A DNA stretch of 64,000 bases, taken from contig CAVZZO010000001.1 in NCBI GenBank assembly GCA_963779755.1, positions 1,152,001 through 1,216,000 on the forward strand, given 5' to 3'. Source of the DNA: an uncultured Gemmatimonadales bacterium (GTDB lineage Bacteria > Gemmatimonadota > Gemmatimonadetes > Gemmatimonadales > GWC2-71-9). Both the position numbers and the translations under genes were made by a program. The notes under the pieces were generated by a model. The model worked only from the letters and a program-made list of their open reading frames with translations, did not search any database and was not told where the DNA came from. Position 1 is the first letter of the stretch; every line of letters begins with the position of its first letter. Of the stretch, positions 1 through 10,020 are shown piece after piece.

Positions 1-2187
1 CGCCTCAAGCCGCAGCTCCCCGCGTCGGTGGACATCGAAAGGCTCTATGACCGGTCGGACTCGATCCAGGCCTCGGTGAGCGACGTGAAGGTCACGCTCT
101 TCATCACGCTCTGTCTCGTGGTGATGGTGATCTTCCTCTTTCTCCGGAACATCCGGGCGACGGTGATCCCCAGCCTCGCGCTGCCGATGTCGCTGGTGGG
201 CACCTTCGGGGTGATGCACCTGCTGGGCTACAGTCTCGATAACCTGTCGCTCATGGCGCTCACGCTCTCGGTTGGCTTCGTCGTGGACGACGCGATCGTG
301 ATGCTGGAAAATATCGTCCGGCACATCGAGCGGGGCGAGGGCGTCATGGAAGCCGCCCTCAAGGGGAGCAGGGAGATCGGCTTCACCATCCTCTCGATGA
401 CGATGTCGCTCGTCGCCGTCTTCATTCCGGTGCTCTTCCTGGGCGGGCTGATCGGCCGGCTCTTCCACGAGTTCGCGGTCACGATCGGCATCGCGATTCT
501 CGTATCGGGCTTCGTATCGCTGACGCTCACCCCGATGCTCTGCAGCCGTTGGCTCAAGCCGCATCCGAAGCACGAGCGCCACGGCCGCGTGTACCAGGCG
601 ATCGAGCGCGGCTGGGTGGGCGCGCTGCGCTGGTACGAACGGACGCTCGGGTGGGTGATGGACCACCGTCCCCTGACGATGGCGTTCAGCCTGGTCATCC
701 TGCTGGCGTCGATCGGGTTGGCCGTGATTATTCCCAAGGGCTTCATTCCCAGTGAAGACCAGGGCCAGCTCTTCGCCACCACCGAGGTGGCGGAGGGGAC
801 GAGCTTCGACAATATGATGCAGCACCAGCTCGCCGCGATGAACGTCGTGGAGCAGGATTCGGCGGTGCGCGGGTTCATGTCGTTCATCGGCGGCGGGAAC
901 CAGGGGCGCCTCTTCATGCACCTGAGGCCGCGGTCCGAGCGCGACCTCAGTGCCGACCAGGTGGCCCGCGAGCTGACCGCAAAGCTGAACAGCATCGCCG
1001 GCCTGCAGGCGTTCGTGGTCAACCCGCCGCCGATCAATATCGGCGGCCGCGCCTCCAAGAGTCAGTACCAGTTCACGCTGCAAGGGAGCGACATCCAGGA
1101 GCTGTACCAAGGGGCCGCGGCGCTGGAGGCGCGGATGCGCCAGATCAAGGGGCTCACCGACGTCACCAGCGACCTGCAGATCAAGAACCCCAAGATCCAG
1201 GTGACCATCGACCGCGACCGCGCCGCCGCCCTCGGCATCGACGCCACCCAGGTCGAGAGCGCCCTGTACAACGCGTACGGGGCCCGCCAGGTCAGCACTA
1301 TCCTGACGCCGAGCAACCAGTACTGGGTCGTCATGGAGCTGCTCCCGCAGTACCAGCGCGACCTCTCGGCGCTGAACCTGCTGCACATCACCGGCCGAAA
1401 CGGCGAGGCGGTCCCGCTCGGATCGCTGGCGAAGTTCACGCCGACCACCGGGCCGCTCAGTATCAACCATTCCGGGCAGCTGCCCTCGGTCACGCTGTCA
1501 TTCAACCTCGAGTCGGGGATGTCGCTCGGCGAGGCGACCGCGGGGGTGGAGCAGGCCGCCCGACAGGTGCTGCCATCCAGCATCACGACCGGGTTCTCCG
1601 GCACGGCGCAGGCGTTCCAGCAGGCCCAGCAGGGGCTCCTGATGCTCCTGATCCTCGCGATCGTGGTGATCTACCTGGTGCTCGGCATTCTGTACGAGAG
1701 CTTCATTCACCCGCTCACGATTCTCTCGGGACTGCCGTTCGCCGGGTTCGGCGCCCTGCTGGTGCTCCTCGTGTTTCATATGGAGCTTTCGGTCTATGCC
1801 TTCGTCGGCATCATCATGCTGATCGGTCTGGTCAAGAAGAACGCCATCATGATGATCGACTTCGCCATCGAGGCGGAACGGTCCGGAGGCCTGGGGGCGC
1901 GGGAGGCCATCCTGCAGGCCTGCCGGGTGCGGTTCCGGCCCATCATGATGACCACCATGGCCGCCCTGATGGGCACCCTGCCAATTGCGCTGGGGGCCGG
2001 TGCCGGCGCGGAATCGCGGCGGCCGCTCGGCGTGGCGGTAGTGGGCGGCCTCGCTTTCTCGCAGATCATCACGCTCTACATCACCCCCGTGGTCTATACC
2101 TATCTGGACGCCTTCCAGCGGAAGGTCGGACGGAAACGGGCGGATGAGCCCGTCGTCGCCGTCGAAGAGCTGCCGGCCGCATTGTAG
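1..2187 (+). CDS. RND efflux transporter permease (AcrB/MdtB-MdtC family), 5'-truncated by the window edge
   Basis: Frame is open from base 1. Motifs GFVVDDAIVMLENI, GLVKKNAIMMIDFA and RFRPIMMTT; multiple TM helices. Confidence 0.95.
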   Translation, partial: RLKPQLPASVDIERLYDRSDSIQASVSDVKVTLFITLCLVVMVIFLFLRNIRATVIPSLALPMSLVGTFGVMHLLGYSLDNLSLMALTLSVGFVVDDAIVMLENIVRHIERGEGVMEAALKGSREIGFTILSMTMSLVAVFIPVLFLGGLIGRLFHEFAVTIGIAILVSGFVSLTLTPMLCSRWLKPHPKHERHGRVYQAIERGWVGALRWYERTLGWVMDHRPLTMAFSLVILLASIGLAVIIPKGFIPSEDQGQLFATTEVAEGTSFDNMMQHQLAAMNVVEQDSAVRGFMSFIGGGNQGRLFMHLRPRSERDLSADQVARELTAKLNSIAGLQAFVVNPPPINIGGRASKSQYQFTLQGSDIQELYQGAAALEARMRQIKGLTDVTSDLQIKNPKIQVTIDRDRAAALGIDATQVESALYNAYGARQVSTILTPSNQYWVVMELLPQYQRDLSALNLLHITGRNGEAVPLGSLAKFTPTTGPLSINHSGQLPSVTLSFNLESGMSLGEATAGVEQAARQVLPSSITTGFSGTAQAFQQAQQGLLMLLILAIVVIYLVLGILYESFIHPLTILSGLPFAGFGALLVLLVFHMELSVYAFVGIIMLIGLVKKNAIMMIDFAIEAERSGGLGAREAILQACRVRFRPIMMTTMAALMGTLPIALGAGAGAESRRPLGVAVVGGLAFSQIITLYITPVVYTYLDAFQRKVGRKRADEPVVAVEELPAAL

Positions 2188-2423
2188 CCCGGACGGCGTT
2201 CCCGCGTCTCGACCCCTACCACTTATCGCTCCTCCCGCCGTTTCAATGGTCCCGCTCGCGTTTCATCGTTGTGACGCGCCGTTGCACACGTTGCAGCCGC
2301 GCGGCCTGACGCCGTCGCAGTCCGGAACCCCGTGCACGGCCGTGGAATGCGTTCGTCGGAGCAATTGGTGCGTGTCGCGGCCTTCTGCCGCGCACTCTTT
2401 GCAGCTGTCGACGGAGGCAGGCC

Positions 2424-5400
2424 ATGAACAGAAACCTGGTCGGGATCATACGACGCGGCATCCGCGCCGTCCTGCTGGCCGCGCTGCTTGGTACGGGGGT
2501 GGCCGCCGCCGCCGCCGCCCAGGCAACGGGAAAGGTGGAGGGAACTATCCGGGATGAGGCGGGAGCGCCCATTCCCAGCGCGGAAGTCATCATCGTCAAT
2601 ACCAGCTTCCACACGGTCGCCAATAATCAGGGGTACTACTTCTTCAACAATGTCCCCAGCGGTACCGTCGCCATCCGCGCCGCCTTCGTCGGCTACAAGG
2701 CCGCGGAGGTCCGGGACGTCCGCGTGCTGGCGGGCCAGACGCTGACCCAGAATATCCAGCTGCACAGCACGCCGGTCGCCCTGCCGGACGTCGAGGTGTC
2801 GGTGGCGGTAACACCGCTGGTCCCGCGCGACGCCGTGACCACCAAGCAGACGGTCCTGGGCCCCTATCTGAACGGGCTGCCGCTGGACCGCGCCGCCCAG
2901 GCGCTGCTGGAGGTGCCGGGCGTGGTGGGAAATCCTACCGGCACGGCGATCTCCATCCGCGGCGGCCGGACCGACGAGGCGGCGGTCTACATCGACGGCG
3001 TTCCCGCCACGCCGGGTTACCGGGGAAATGCCTTCGCCAGTTCCCGCGGCACCAGCGTCAGCGTCAGCACCGCGGCGGTCAGCGAGCTGTCCGTGACCAC
3101 CGGCGCCACCTCCTCCGAGTTCGGCAACGCACAGTCCGGCGTCATCCAGTACCAGACGCGCAGCGGCGGCAGCAGCCTGCAGGGGCGGCTCGGCTACGAG
3201 AGTGACGAGCCCTTCGGCACCAGCCACAGCGTCGGATTCAATCGCCTGCAGGCCAGCCTCGGGGGGCCGCTCTACCGCCGCCTGACGTTCTTCGTCTCCG
3301 GCGTGCTGGAAGGCCGGGCCTCCATCGTGCCCGGGGCCGACGCGCTGCAGACCCCCGTGTTCGTCCCGGCCGGGGTGGATACCACCGTGGCGGTGCCCAG
3401 CGCCCTGGGCGATCCTCTCGCCGACACCACGTTCGTCGGCGTGCAGAAGTTCGCCCTGTACCGCGGGGATTGCTCCGCCTTCGCCGGCAGCGCCAACAGC
3501 GGCATCGCGTCCAACTATGGCGTCTCCTGCCAGGGCATTCGGACCCCCTACAGCGCCAGCACCATCTACGAGCTGAGTTCCAAGCTCAACTACAGTTACG
3601 GCGACGGCAGCCGGGTGGCGCTGAGCTACCTGTCCAGCCGCAACCAGGGCCGCACGCCCAACGCCTTCCGGATGCTCGATCCGCAGGACCTCGGCGGCTT
3701 CCGGGCCTGGAGCGATTACTTCACGCTCAACTGGTCGCAGAACCTGGCGCGATCCTCGGAACGGGCGCTGGCATTGGAGGCCAGCCTCGGCCTGCAGACG
3801 GACCATACCATCGCGGGACCGCTGACCCGCTCCTCGGAGCTGGGCAGCCGCAACCCGACCGGCGGATTTCTGCTCGGCAATCTCGGCTTCCAGTGGGATT
3901 TCGGGAACTTCCCCGTGAACCAGGAACTGGTAGATAACTATCGCCAGAACATTCCGGGCTCCCGCCGCTCACCGCTCGATCTCGAGAACCGGGATCAATA
4001 CGGGCAGCTCGGTCCCTATCGCAACAGCCCCTACGGCATCGACCAATCGCTCATCAACGGGCAGATCTTCGCCACCGGCGGCTACGCCTCCACCACCAGG
4101 CTGGTGCTCTATCGTGAGCAGCGGATGATCGGGAAGGCGGGGCTCGACTGGCAGCTCGACCGCTACAATCGCATCAAGCTGGGCGGGGAATACACGCACT
4201 ACAGCATCGCCAACTACTCCCATGCCCTCACCAGCCAGGCGTTCTCCGACGTATTCATCGAGTCGCCTGTCCGGTACGACTTGTACGCCGAGGACCGCCT
4301 GGATCTCGGGGATGTGGTCGTGGTCGGCGGGTTGCGGTACGATCGCTACCATTCCAACGCCGCCCGTCCTTACGTGCTCGACACCGTGTCTACCCACCCC
4401 ACCTTCGGCCAGTACAGCTACTTCCCCCGCCCCAACAGCTACGGCGCGGGCGGTGCGGAGCTGAACGGCCAGCCGCTGGTGAAGTATGTGCGGGACCCGG
4501 CCCACGAGTACGTGAGCCCGCACGTGCAGGTGTCGTTCCCCGTGTCCGACCGGACCAACTTCCGTCTCTCCTATGCCCACCAGGTGCAGGCGCCCGATTT
4601 CGGGCTGGTCCTGGGCGGCATCAACACCGATATCTCGGTGACCAACACCAATCACGTCTACGGCGCCGACCTCGATTTCGGCAAGACCATCACCTTCGAG
4701 TTCGGCGTCCGGCATGCCTTCAGCGACGACATGGTGCTGGACATCTCCGCCTACAACAAGGACAACCTGTCCAATGCCGCGGGGCGGCTGATCAGCCTGC
4801 CCGATCCCCAGCGGCTGGGGGCGAATGTCGATCTGCGCATCATGACCACGGCCGATTTCGGGAACACCCGGGGCGTGGACGTGCGGCTGGACCGCCGGAT
4901 CGGCCGGCTGTTCAACGGGGTGATTGCCTACACCTTCCAGCAGGCCAGAAACACCGGATCCAATCCGTTCACCTACATCAATTTCGGTTCGCGGATCGTG
5001 AGCCAGCTCTCGGGCGGCAATCAGCCGCCCCCGCAGGCCATCTTTCCGACCGCCAACAGCCGGCCGCACAACCTGACCGGATCGTTCGCGCTCAACTTCC
5101 CCTCCGACTGGAAGGAAGGCACCGCGCTGGGGGCCATCCTGGGCCGCGCGGGGGTGACCGCCGTGTTCCGCTACTCCAGCGGCACCGCCTATACCCGCTG
5201 CCCGGCCGAGACCGGCAACGAAGGGGTCCTGTCCGGGCAGGTATGCTCGCGTCAGTTCGCCGGCGACTTCTTCGGCGCCCGGACGCCCTCGTTCAAGCAG
5301 TTGGACATGCGGTTTACCAAGGGCTTCGATCTGCGCGGCCTGGGCATCACCGCCTATCTGGACGCGCGGAATATTCTGAACTTCCGTAACATCCTGACGG

Positions 5401-5774
5401 TCTTCACGACCACCAACGATATCGTCAACGCCGCCGAGCAGGCGCAGACCTTCAGCGGCGACAGCGCGAGCTTCGCCGACGAAGCGCGAGCCTCCGGCAC
5501 CTACAATTCCTCGGACGGTTCCATCGATCTGTCGTTCGGCGGCGCTGTGACCTCGGGGTGCGGGGCCTGGGTCAATGCCCAGAACCGGCCCTCGGCGCCC
5601 GACTGTGTCTACCTGATCCGGGCGGAAGAGCGCTACGGCAACGGCGATCACCGCTTCACCGTGGCCGAGCAGGCGCGGGCCTCCCACGCACTGTACCTGG
5701 CGGCGGGACGGGGTGTCAGCGCCTTCACGGCCGCGCCCCGGCTCATGCGGCTGGGGGTGGAGGTGGATTTCTAG
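2424..5774 (+). CDS. TonB-dependent receptor with N-terminal carboxypeptidase-regulatory-like domain
   Basis: Signal peptide, GKVEGTIRDEAGAPIPSAEV N-domain, plug motifs IRGGR...YIDGVP and SSEFGNAQSGVI, beta-barrel strands, C-terminal RLGVEVDF. Confidence 0.9.
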   Translation: MNRNLVGIIRRGIRAVLLAALLGTGVAAAAAAQATGKVEGTIRDEAGAPIPSAEVIIVNTSFHTVANNQGYYFFNNVPSGTVAIRAAFVGYKAAEVRDVRVLAGQTLTQNIQLHSTPVALPDVEVSVAVTPLVPRDAVTTKQTVLGPYLNGLPLDRAAQALLEVPGVVGNPTGTAISIRGGRTDEAAVYIDGVPATPGYRGNAFASSRGTSVSVSTAAVSELSVTTGATSSEFGNAQSGVIQYQTRSGGSSLQGRLGYESDEPFGTSHSVGFNRLQASLGGPLYRRLTFFVSGVLEGRASIVPGADALQTPVFVPAGVDTTVAVPSALGDPLADTTFVGVQKFALYRGDCSAFAGSANSGIASNYGVSCQGIRTPYSASTIYELSSKLNYSYGDGSRVALSYLSSRNQGRTPNAFRMLDPQDLGGFRAWSDYFTLNWSQNLARSSERALALEASLGLQTDHTIAGPLTRSSELGSRNPTGGFLLGNLGFQWDFGNFPVNQELVDNYRQNIPGSRRSPLDLENRDQYGQLGPYRNSPYGIDQSLINGQIFATGGYASTTRLVLYREQRMIGKAGLDWQLDRYNRIKLGGEYTHYSIANYSHALTSQAFSDVFIESPVRYDLYAEDRLDLGDVVVVGGLRYDRYHSNAARPYVLDTVSTHPTFGQYSYFPRPNSYGAGGAELNGQPLVKYVRDPAHEYVSPHVQVSFPVSDRTNFRLSYAHQVQAPDFGLVLGGINTDISVTNTNHVYGADLDFGKTITFEFGVRHAFSDDMVLDISAYNKDNLSNAAGRLISLPDPQRLGANVDLRIMTTADFGNTRGVDVRLDRRIGRLFNGVIAYTFQQARNTGSNPFTYINFGSRIVSQLSGGNQPPPQAIFPTANSRPHNLTGSFALNFPSDWKEGTALGAILGRAGVTAVFRYSSGTAYTRCPAETGNEGVLSGQVCSRQFAGDFFGARTPSFKQLDMRFTKGFDLRGLGITAYLDARNILNFRNILTVFTTTNDIVNAAEQAQTFSGDSASFADEARASGTYNSSDGSIDLSFGGAVTSGCGAWVNAQNRPSAPDCVYLIRAEERYGNGDHRFTVAEQARASHALYLAAGRGVSAFTAAPRLMRLGVEVDF

Positions 5775-5799
5775 CCGGAAAAAGCCGCCAGGGTAGAAA

Positions 5800-5836
5800 A
5801 AGAGGGAAGCGGACAGGCCGCTTCCCTCTTCTTCTT
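5800..5836 (+). terminator. Rho-independent terminator hairpin (possibly bidirectional)
   Basis: AAGAGGGAAGCGG-ACAGG-CCGCTTCCCTCTT followed by CTTCTT, directly after the receptor stop. Confidence 0.75.
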
Positions 5837-6006
5837 TCCCCGATCCCGCTCCAGGGGGTACTTAGCTAACTCGTTTAATAGCAAATTCTTGCCACGACGT
5901 CCCGCAGCAGATCCCGGGCCTGAAACATCCAGGCCTCCTTTTACGTTACTACATGAAACACCGGATTTCCCATTTCTCCCGTTGCCGGCGGATCGAGGTC
6001 TCTTCT

Positions 6007-6795
6007 ATGCGACAGTACTGGCTGCGAATCTCCCTCGGCGCTCTGGTGATCTTCGGAGTGGGCATGGTAGGGGTACACGTGGTTCGTGAGGGCCGCAGCA
6101 AGGTCCACATGCTGATGAACAGCGCCGACCCGATTTCCCTCCCGCTCGCGTTCGTGCCTTTCCGCCTGGCCGGAGACAAGCTCGGCAGTATCAAGCACCT
6201 GCGGATCGATCGCAGCGCGCCCGACCGTCTGGACAGTATTCAGCTCACCGTCCAGCTCGATTCGGGCGCACTGGCGTCACGGCTCCAGGACTGCCGCCTC
6301 GGCTCTACCGATGCCCGGTCGATCGGCCCTCAGACCTCGTTCCTCTGCATGTCCCAGGCGGATTCGGCCCGCCTGGACCTGGTGCCGTTCGGCACGGTAC
6401 GGTTCGAACCCTCGGGCGAAGCCCGGCCGCTGCTGTTGCCGGCCGCTATGGTGCGCGAGTGGCACGGCGCCGTGGATTCGGCTGTCCAGGCGGCCCGGGT
6501 GGGCGCCCAGTCCGCCGCGCAGCAGGCCCGGGCGGCGGTGGCGCAGACGCAGGCGCTGCGGGTGCGGCACGGGAATCCGGCGCAGGTGACGGTTCGGGGC
6601 GACAGCGCCGGGGTGGCAATCGAGAGCCGTTCCGACGGGTCGCGCTTCACCTTCCGGGCCGACTCCAGCAGTGCGTTCCTCAGTATTCGCGATGCCCGGG
6701 GCCGCGACGTCGTGCTGTTGCAGGCCGACTCGTCCGGCGCCGTATTCAAGGTGAACGGCGATACCGGCCGGATCCATCCCGTACCCGGTCACTGA
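6007..6795 (+). CDS. Hypothetical membrane-anchored exported protein
   Basis: ATG at 6007 (MRQYWLRISLGALVIFGVGMVGV), one N-terminal TM helix, beta-rich remainder, coding-like codon usage. Confidence 0.7.
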   Translation: MRQYWLRISLGALVIFGVGMVGVHVVREGRSKVHMLMNSADPISLPLAFVPFRLAGDKLGSIKHLRIDRSAPDRLDSIQLTVQLDSGALASRLQDCRLGSTDARSIGPQTSFLCMSQADSARLDLVPFGTVRFEPSGEARPLLLPAAMVREWHGAVDSAVQAARVGAQSAAQQARAAVAQTQALRVRHGNPAQVTVRGDSAGVAIESRSDGSRFTFRADSSSAFLSIRDARGRDVVLLQADSSGAVFKVNGDTGRIHPVPGH

Positions 6796-6966
6796 GCCCG
6801 GCCGCCGGAGGCGGGTCAGGTCTCCCTGACGTGAAATGGGTAGCGGGCCCATGCCTTACTGTGAGGCGCCTCACTGCTCTGTGGGCGGGGGTCTGATATT
6901 GAAGAATCAGCGGCGCGCCGCATTCCCGGCGCGCCTTTGATTTCACCAGCAGTGGAGCAGCCTGTT

Positions 6967-7218
6967 ATGCCGAGACGGCGGCGTACCGATACGGAAGACA
7001 ACATGGGGGCGGAATACGCCCGGATGCGGGAAGACGAGCGGCATCGCCTCGAGGGCCTGCCCGACTCGCAGCAGCCCGAGGCCAACCACCCGGTGCATCT
7101 GGAAGAGCCCCGGAATCGCGACCGGATGGGCCGGCATTACCAGCCGGAGGATCCCCGCCGCCGGGCCGAGGACCGGCAGGAGGAGGACGAGGCCGGCCCG
7201 GCGGACCGGAAGAAGTAG
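6967..7218 (+). CDS. Small highly charged hypothetical protein
   Basis: GGAG upstream of ATG 6967; R/E/D-rich ORF converging on the UPF0182 gene. Confidence 0.5.
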   Translation: MPRRRRTDTEDNMGAEYARMREDERHRLEGLPDSQQPEANHPVHLEEPRNRDRMGRHYQPEDPRRRAEDRQEEDEAGPADRKK

Positions 7219-7228
7219 TGCCGCGGGC

Positions 7229-9940
7229 TCAGGGCAGCGAGTCGGTCAGCGCCTTGAGCACCCGCCCGAGCTGATCGATTTCATCTCCATACCGGGCCCA
7301 TTCGCCGGCTCGCTGGGCGGCGAGCGCGCGCTCATAGTGGGAACGTGCCTGGCGGAGGAGACCGGCCTGGGTACCGGCCTGGGCCGCCTCGGGTGGCGGC
7401 GCAGCCGCCTCCGCCGGCTGGGCCGTTTCCGGTTCTGCGCCGAAGAGCCGGCTCAATGCCTGGTCCAGGGTCGCGTCCATCACCACCCGGTTCTGATACG
7501 CCACCACCACCCGCTTGAGTTCCGGGATCTTCCCGCCCTGCGCCCTCAGGTAGAGCGGCTGCACGTAGATCAGCGACTCCTCGATGGGGATGACCAGCAG
7601 GTCGCCCCAGATCACCTCCGAGCCGCGCTGATCCCAGAGGGAGACCTGCCGCGAGATTTCGGTGTCCTGGTTGATCCGGGTTTCGATCTGCTGGGGGCCG
7701 TACACCAGGCTCTGCCGCGGGAAGCGATAGACCATCAGCTGCCCGTAGTTCGCTCCATCGTTCCTCGCCACCATCCACGCCGCCAGGTTGTCCTTGCCCC
7801 GCGGGGTGAACGGCGTCATGAAGATGAACTCGGCCTGCTGCTCCTCCGGCAGCCGCATGATGATATGACGCATGAACGGCCCCGCCTGTTCCCGCTGCTC
7901 CACCGTGGGGATCTGCCACTGGTCTTCCCGGTGATAGAACGCGTCGGGCTGGTCCATGTGGTAGGTGGCGTAGAGCGCGGACTGCAGGCGGTAGATGTCC
8001 TCCGGATAGCGCAGATGGGCCCGGAGGTCGGCCGGCATGGCGCTGAGCGGTTGCAGCAGTCCCGGAAGGAGGCTGGCCCACGCCTGGATGACCGGATCGT
8101 CGGGCGCGGCCAGATAGGCCTGGACGCTCCCGTCATAGGCGTCGATGATCACCTTCACGCTGTTCCGCATGTAGCGGGTGCCGTCCCGCAGCGGCTCCGA
8201 ATAGGGATACCACGCGCTCCGGATGTATCCGTCGAGAATCCACGCCAGGGTGCCGTCGTCCCGCAGCACCAGGTAGGGATCGTTGTCGAAGTCGAGGAAG
8301 GGCAGGGCCGCCTCCGCCCGGCCGCGGATGCTGCGGCGGAAGAGAATCCGGGTGCTGTCGCCCACGTCCTGGGAGAGGAGCAGCTTCAGCGAGCCGAACC
8401 GCAGGGCATAGAGCGACCGCCGGAGCACGCCGCCGACCGCCATCCCGCCCCGGCCCTCGTAGGGATGAAAGACGTTGGTATCTCCCGCCGGATAGTCGAA
8501 CTCGGGCTGCCGGGTGGGTGTCAGCACATAGCTGTCGGTGAGCTCGCCGTAGTAGATGCCGGGCCGGGTCACCGGCAGCGAGACGGTGGAGACGGGCGGA
8601 AGGTTCTTCACGAAGAGCACCGGCAGGCCCTCATCCGTCACCTGATTCACCGGGCTCATGGTGAGCCCCATGCCGTGGGTGAAGGTCAGGTGTTCGTTGA
8701 TGAACGACTGGACCGGCAGCGAGGAGACGTTGAGTTCCCGGGGCGAGAGCAGCACCTGGCGGTACCGGCCTTCGATGGTGTAACGGTCGTCGTCCACGTG
8801 GACGAAGTCGTAATAGGTGCGGATCTCCTGCAGCTGGCCGAAAGTCTGGAGCAGCGGATCGCGGTCCCACAGGCGGACGTTCTCCACCGTCGCCGCATTG
8901 GCCCGGATGTCCTTCAGCGACAGCCGCGCCTCCCCGCTCAGCTCCCGGCTCACCACCCGATCCAGACCCCATGCCTTGCGGGTCGCATCGATGTGCCAGC
9001 GGATCTGCGGCTCCTCGCGGGTCAGCTCGGTGGGGCCGACCACGAATTTCTGTACCGCGGCCGGCAGCAGGCCGAGCAACAGCACGCTGAGCACGATATA
9101 CCCGCCGAGCGCCACCCCCGCGGCCGCCAGCAGCCGGTTGCGGATCTCGCCCGCCACCACCAGAGCGGCGCCCGCCAGGGCCACGATCGCCATGATCCGC
9201 AGGGCGGGGAGAGTGGCGTGCAGATCGGTATAGGCGGCGCCCGCCAGGGGGCCGGTGCTGGCGTAGAGCAGTTCGGGAGCGCGTACCAGCCAGAGTTGCA
9301 CCGCCTGCAGGACGAAGAGCGAGCCCAGCAGCACCGTCAGGTGCCGGGCCGCCGACGGTTCGATCACGCTACGGGCTCGTCGGAGGACCAGGTCGCCCCG
9401 CAGCCAGTAGAGCGGGACGGTCAGAAGCAGGGTGATGAGCAGCAGCGCAAAGAGCCAGGCGAGCGCGCCGTCCAGCAGAGGGAGCCGGAACAGGTAGAAC
9501 CCGATGTCGCGGCCGAAGACCGGATCGGCGGTGCCGAACCGGCCGCCGGCCAGGAAGAGGAGGACGTCCTTCCAGGCGGCGACCGGTGGGAGTGCAAAGG
9601 CCAGCGCCAGCACCACCGCCAGCGGCAGAGACAGGCGGCGCAGGGCCAGCGCGACGTCGAACCGGGGCGCATCGGCCGCGCGGCTCTGGACCAGGACGAG
9701 GTGCGGGGACAGGCCGCGCTGCGCCAGGCGCAGGTTGCCGTAGAGGACCGCGAATGCCAGCAGTCCGGTGCCCCCAAGCAATGCCCCGCGGGTGACCTGC
9801 TCGATGCCGAACATTCGCCCGTAGCCGATGTTCTGGAACCACCACCAGTCGGTGAGGAACGAGGCGAGCGCGGGCACCAGCATGACCGCGGCGAACAGCA
9901 GCAGGACAGCCAGCAGGACAAGACGGCCAGGGCGGCGCAC
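7229..9940 (-). CDS. UPF0182 family membrane protein
   Basis: GTG start at 9940 after AGGAGG. Motifs TDWWWF, DPVFGRDIGFYLF, NVRLWD, QLQEIRTYYDF, HLTFTHG, YMRNSVK, HLRYPEDI. Confidence 0.93.
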   Translation of the reverse strand: MRRPGRLVLLAVLLLFAAVMLVPALASFLTDWWWFQNIGYGRMFGIEQVTRGALLGGTGLLAFAVLYGNLRLAQRGLSPHLVLVQSRAADAPRFDVALALRRLSLPLAVVLALAFALPPVAAWKDVLLFLAGGRFGTADPVFGRDIGFYLFRLPLLDGALAWLFALLLITLLLTVPLYWLRGDLVLRRARSVIEPSAARHLTVLLGSLFVLQAVQLWLVRAPELLYASTGPLAGAAYTDLHATLPALRIMAIVALAGAALVVAGEIRNRLLAAAGVALGGYIVLSVLLLGLLPAAVQKFVVGPTELTREEPQIRWHIDATRKAWGLDRVVSRELSGEARLSLKDIRANAATVENVRLWDRDPLLQTFGQLQEIRTYYDFVHVDDDRYTIEGRYRQVLLSPRELNVSSLPVQSFINEHLTFTHGMGLTMSPVNQVTDEGLPVLFVKNLPPVSTVSLPVTRPGIYYGELTDSYVLTPTRQPEFDYPAGDTNVFHPYEGRGGMAVGGVLRRSLYALRFGSLKLLLSQDVGDSTRILFRRSIRGRAEAALPFLDFDNDPYLVLRDDGTLAWILDGYIRSAWYPYSEPLRDGTRYMRNSVKVIIDAYDGSVQAYLAAPDDPVIQAWASLLPGLLQPLSAMPADLRAHLRYPEDIYRLQSALYATYHMDQPDAFYHREDQWQIPTVEQREQAGPFMRHIIMRLPEEQQAEFIFMTPFTPRGKDNLAAWMVARNDGANYGQLMVYRFPRQSLVYGPQQIETRINQDTEISRQVSLWDQRGSEVIWGDLLVIPIEESLIYVQPLYLRAQGGKIPELKRVVVAYQNRVVMDATLDQALSRLFGAEPETAQPAEAAAPPPEAAQAGTQAGLLRQARSHYERALAAQRAGEWARYGDEIDQLGRVLKALTDSLP

Positions 9941-10020
9941 ACGCGCCTCCTTTCCTTCGAGTATCGCAAAGTCGACGTCTGATGCTCGAAGGATAACAGC
10001 CCGGCGCGGGTGCGGCCCCT

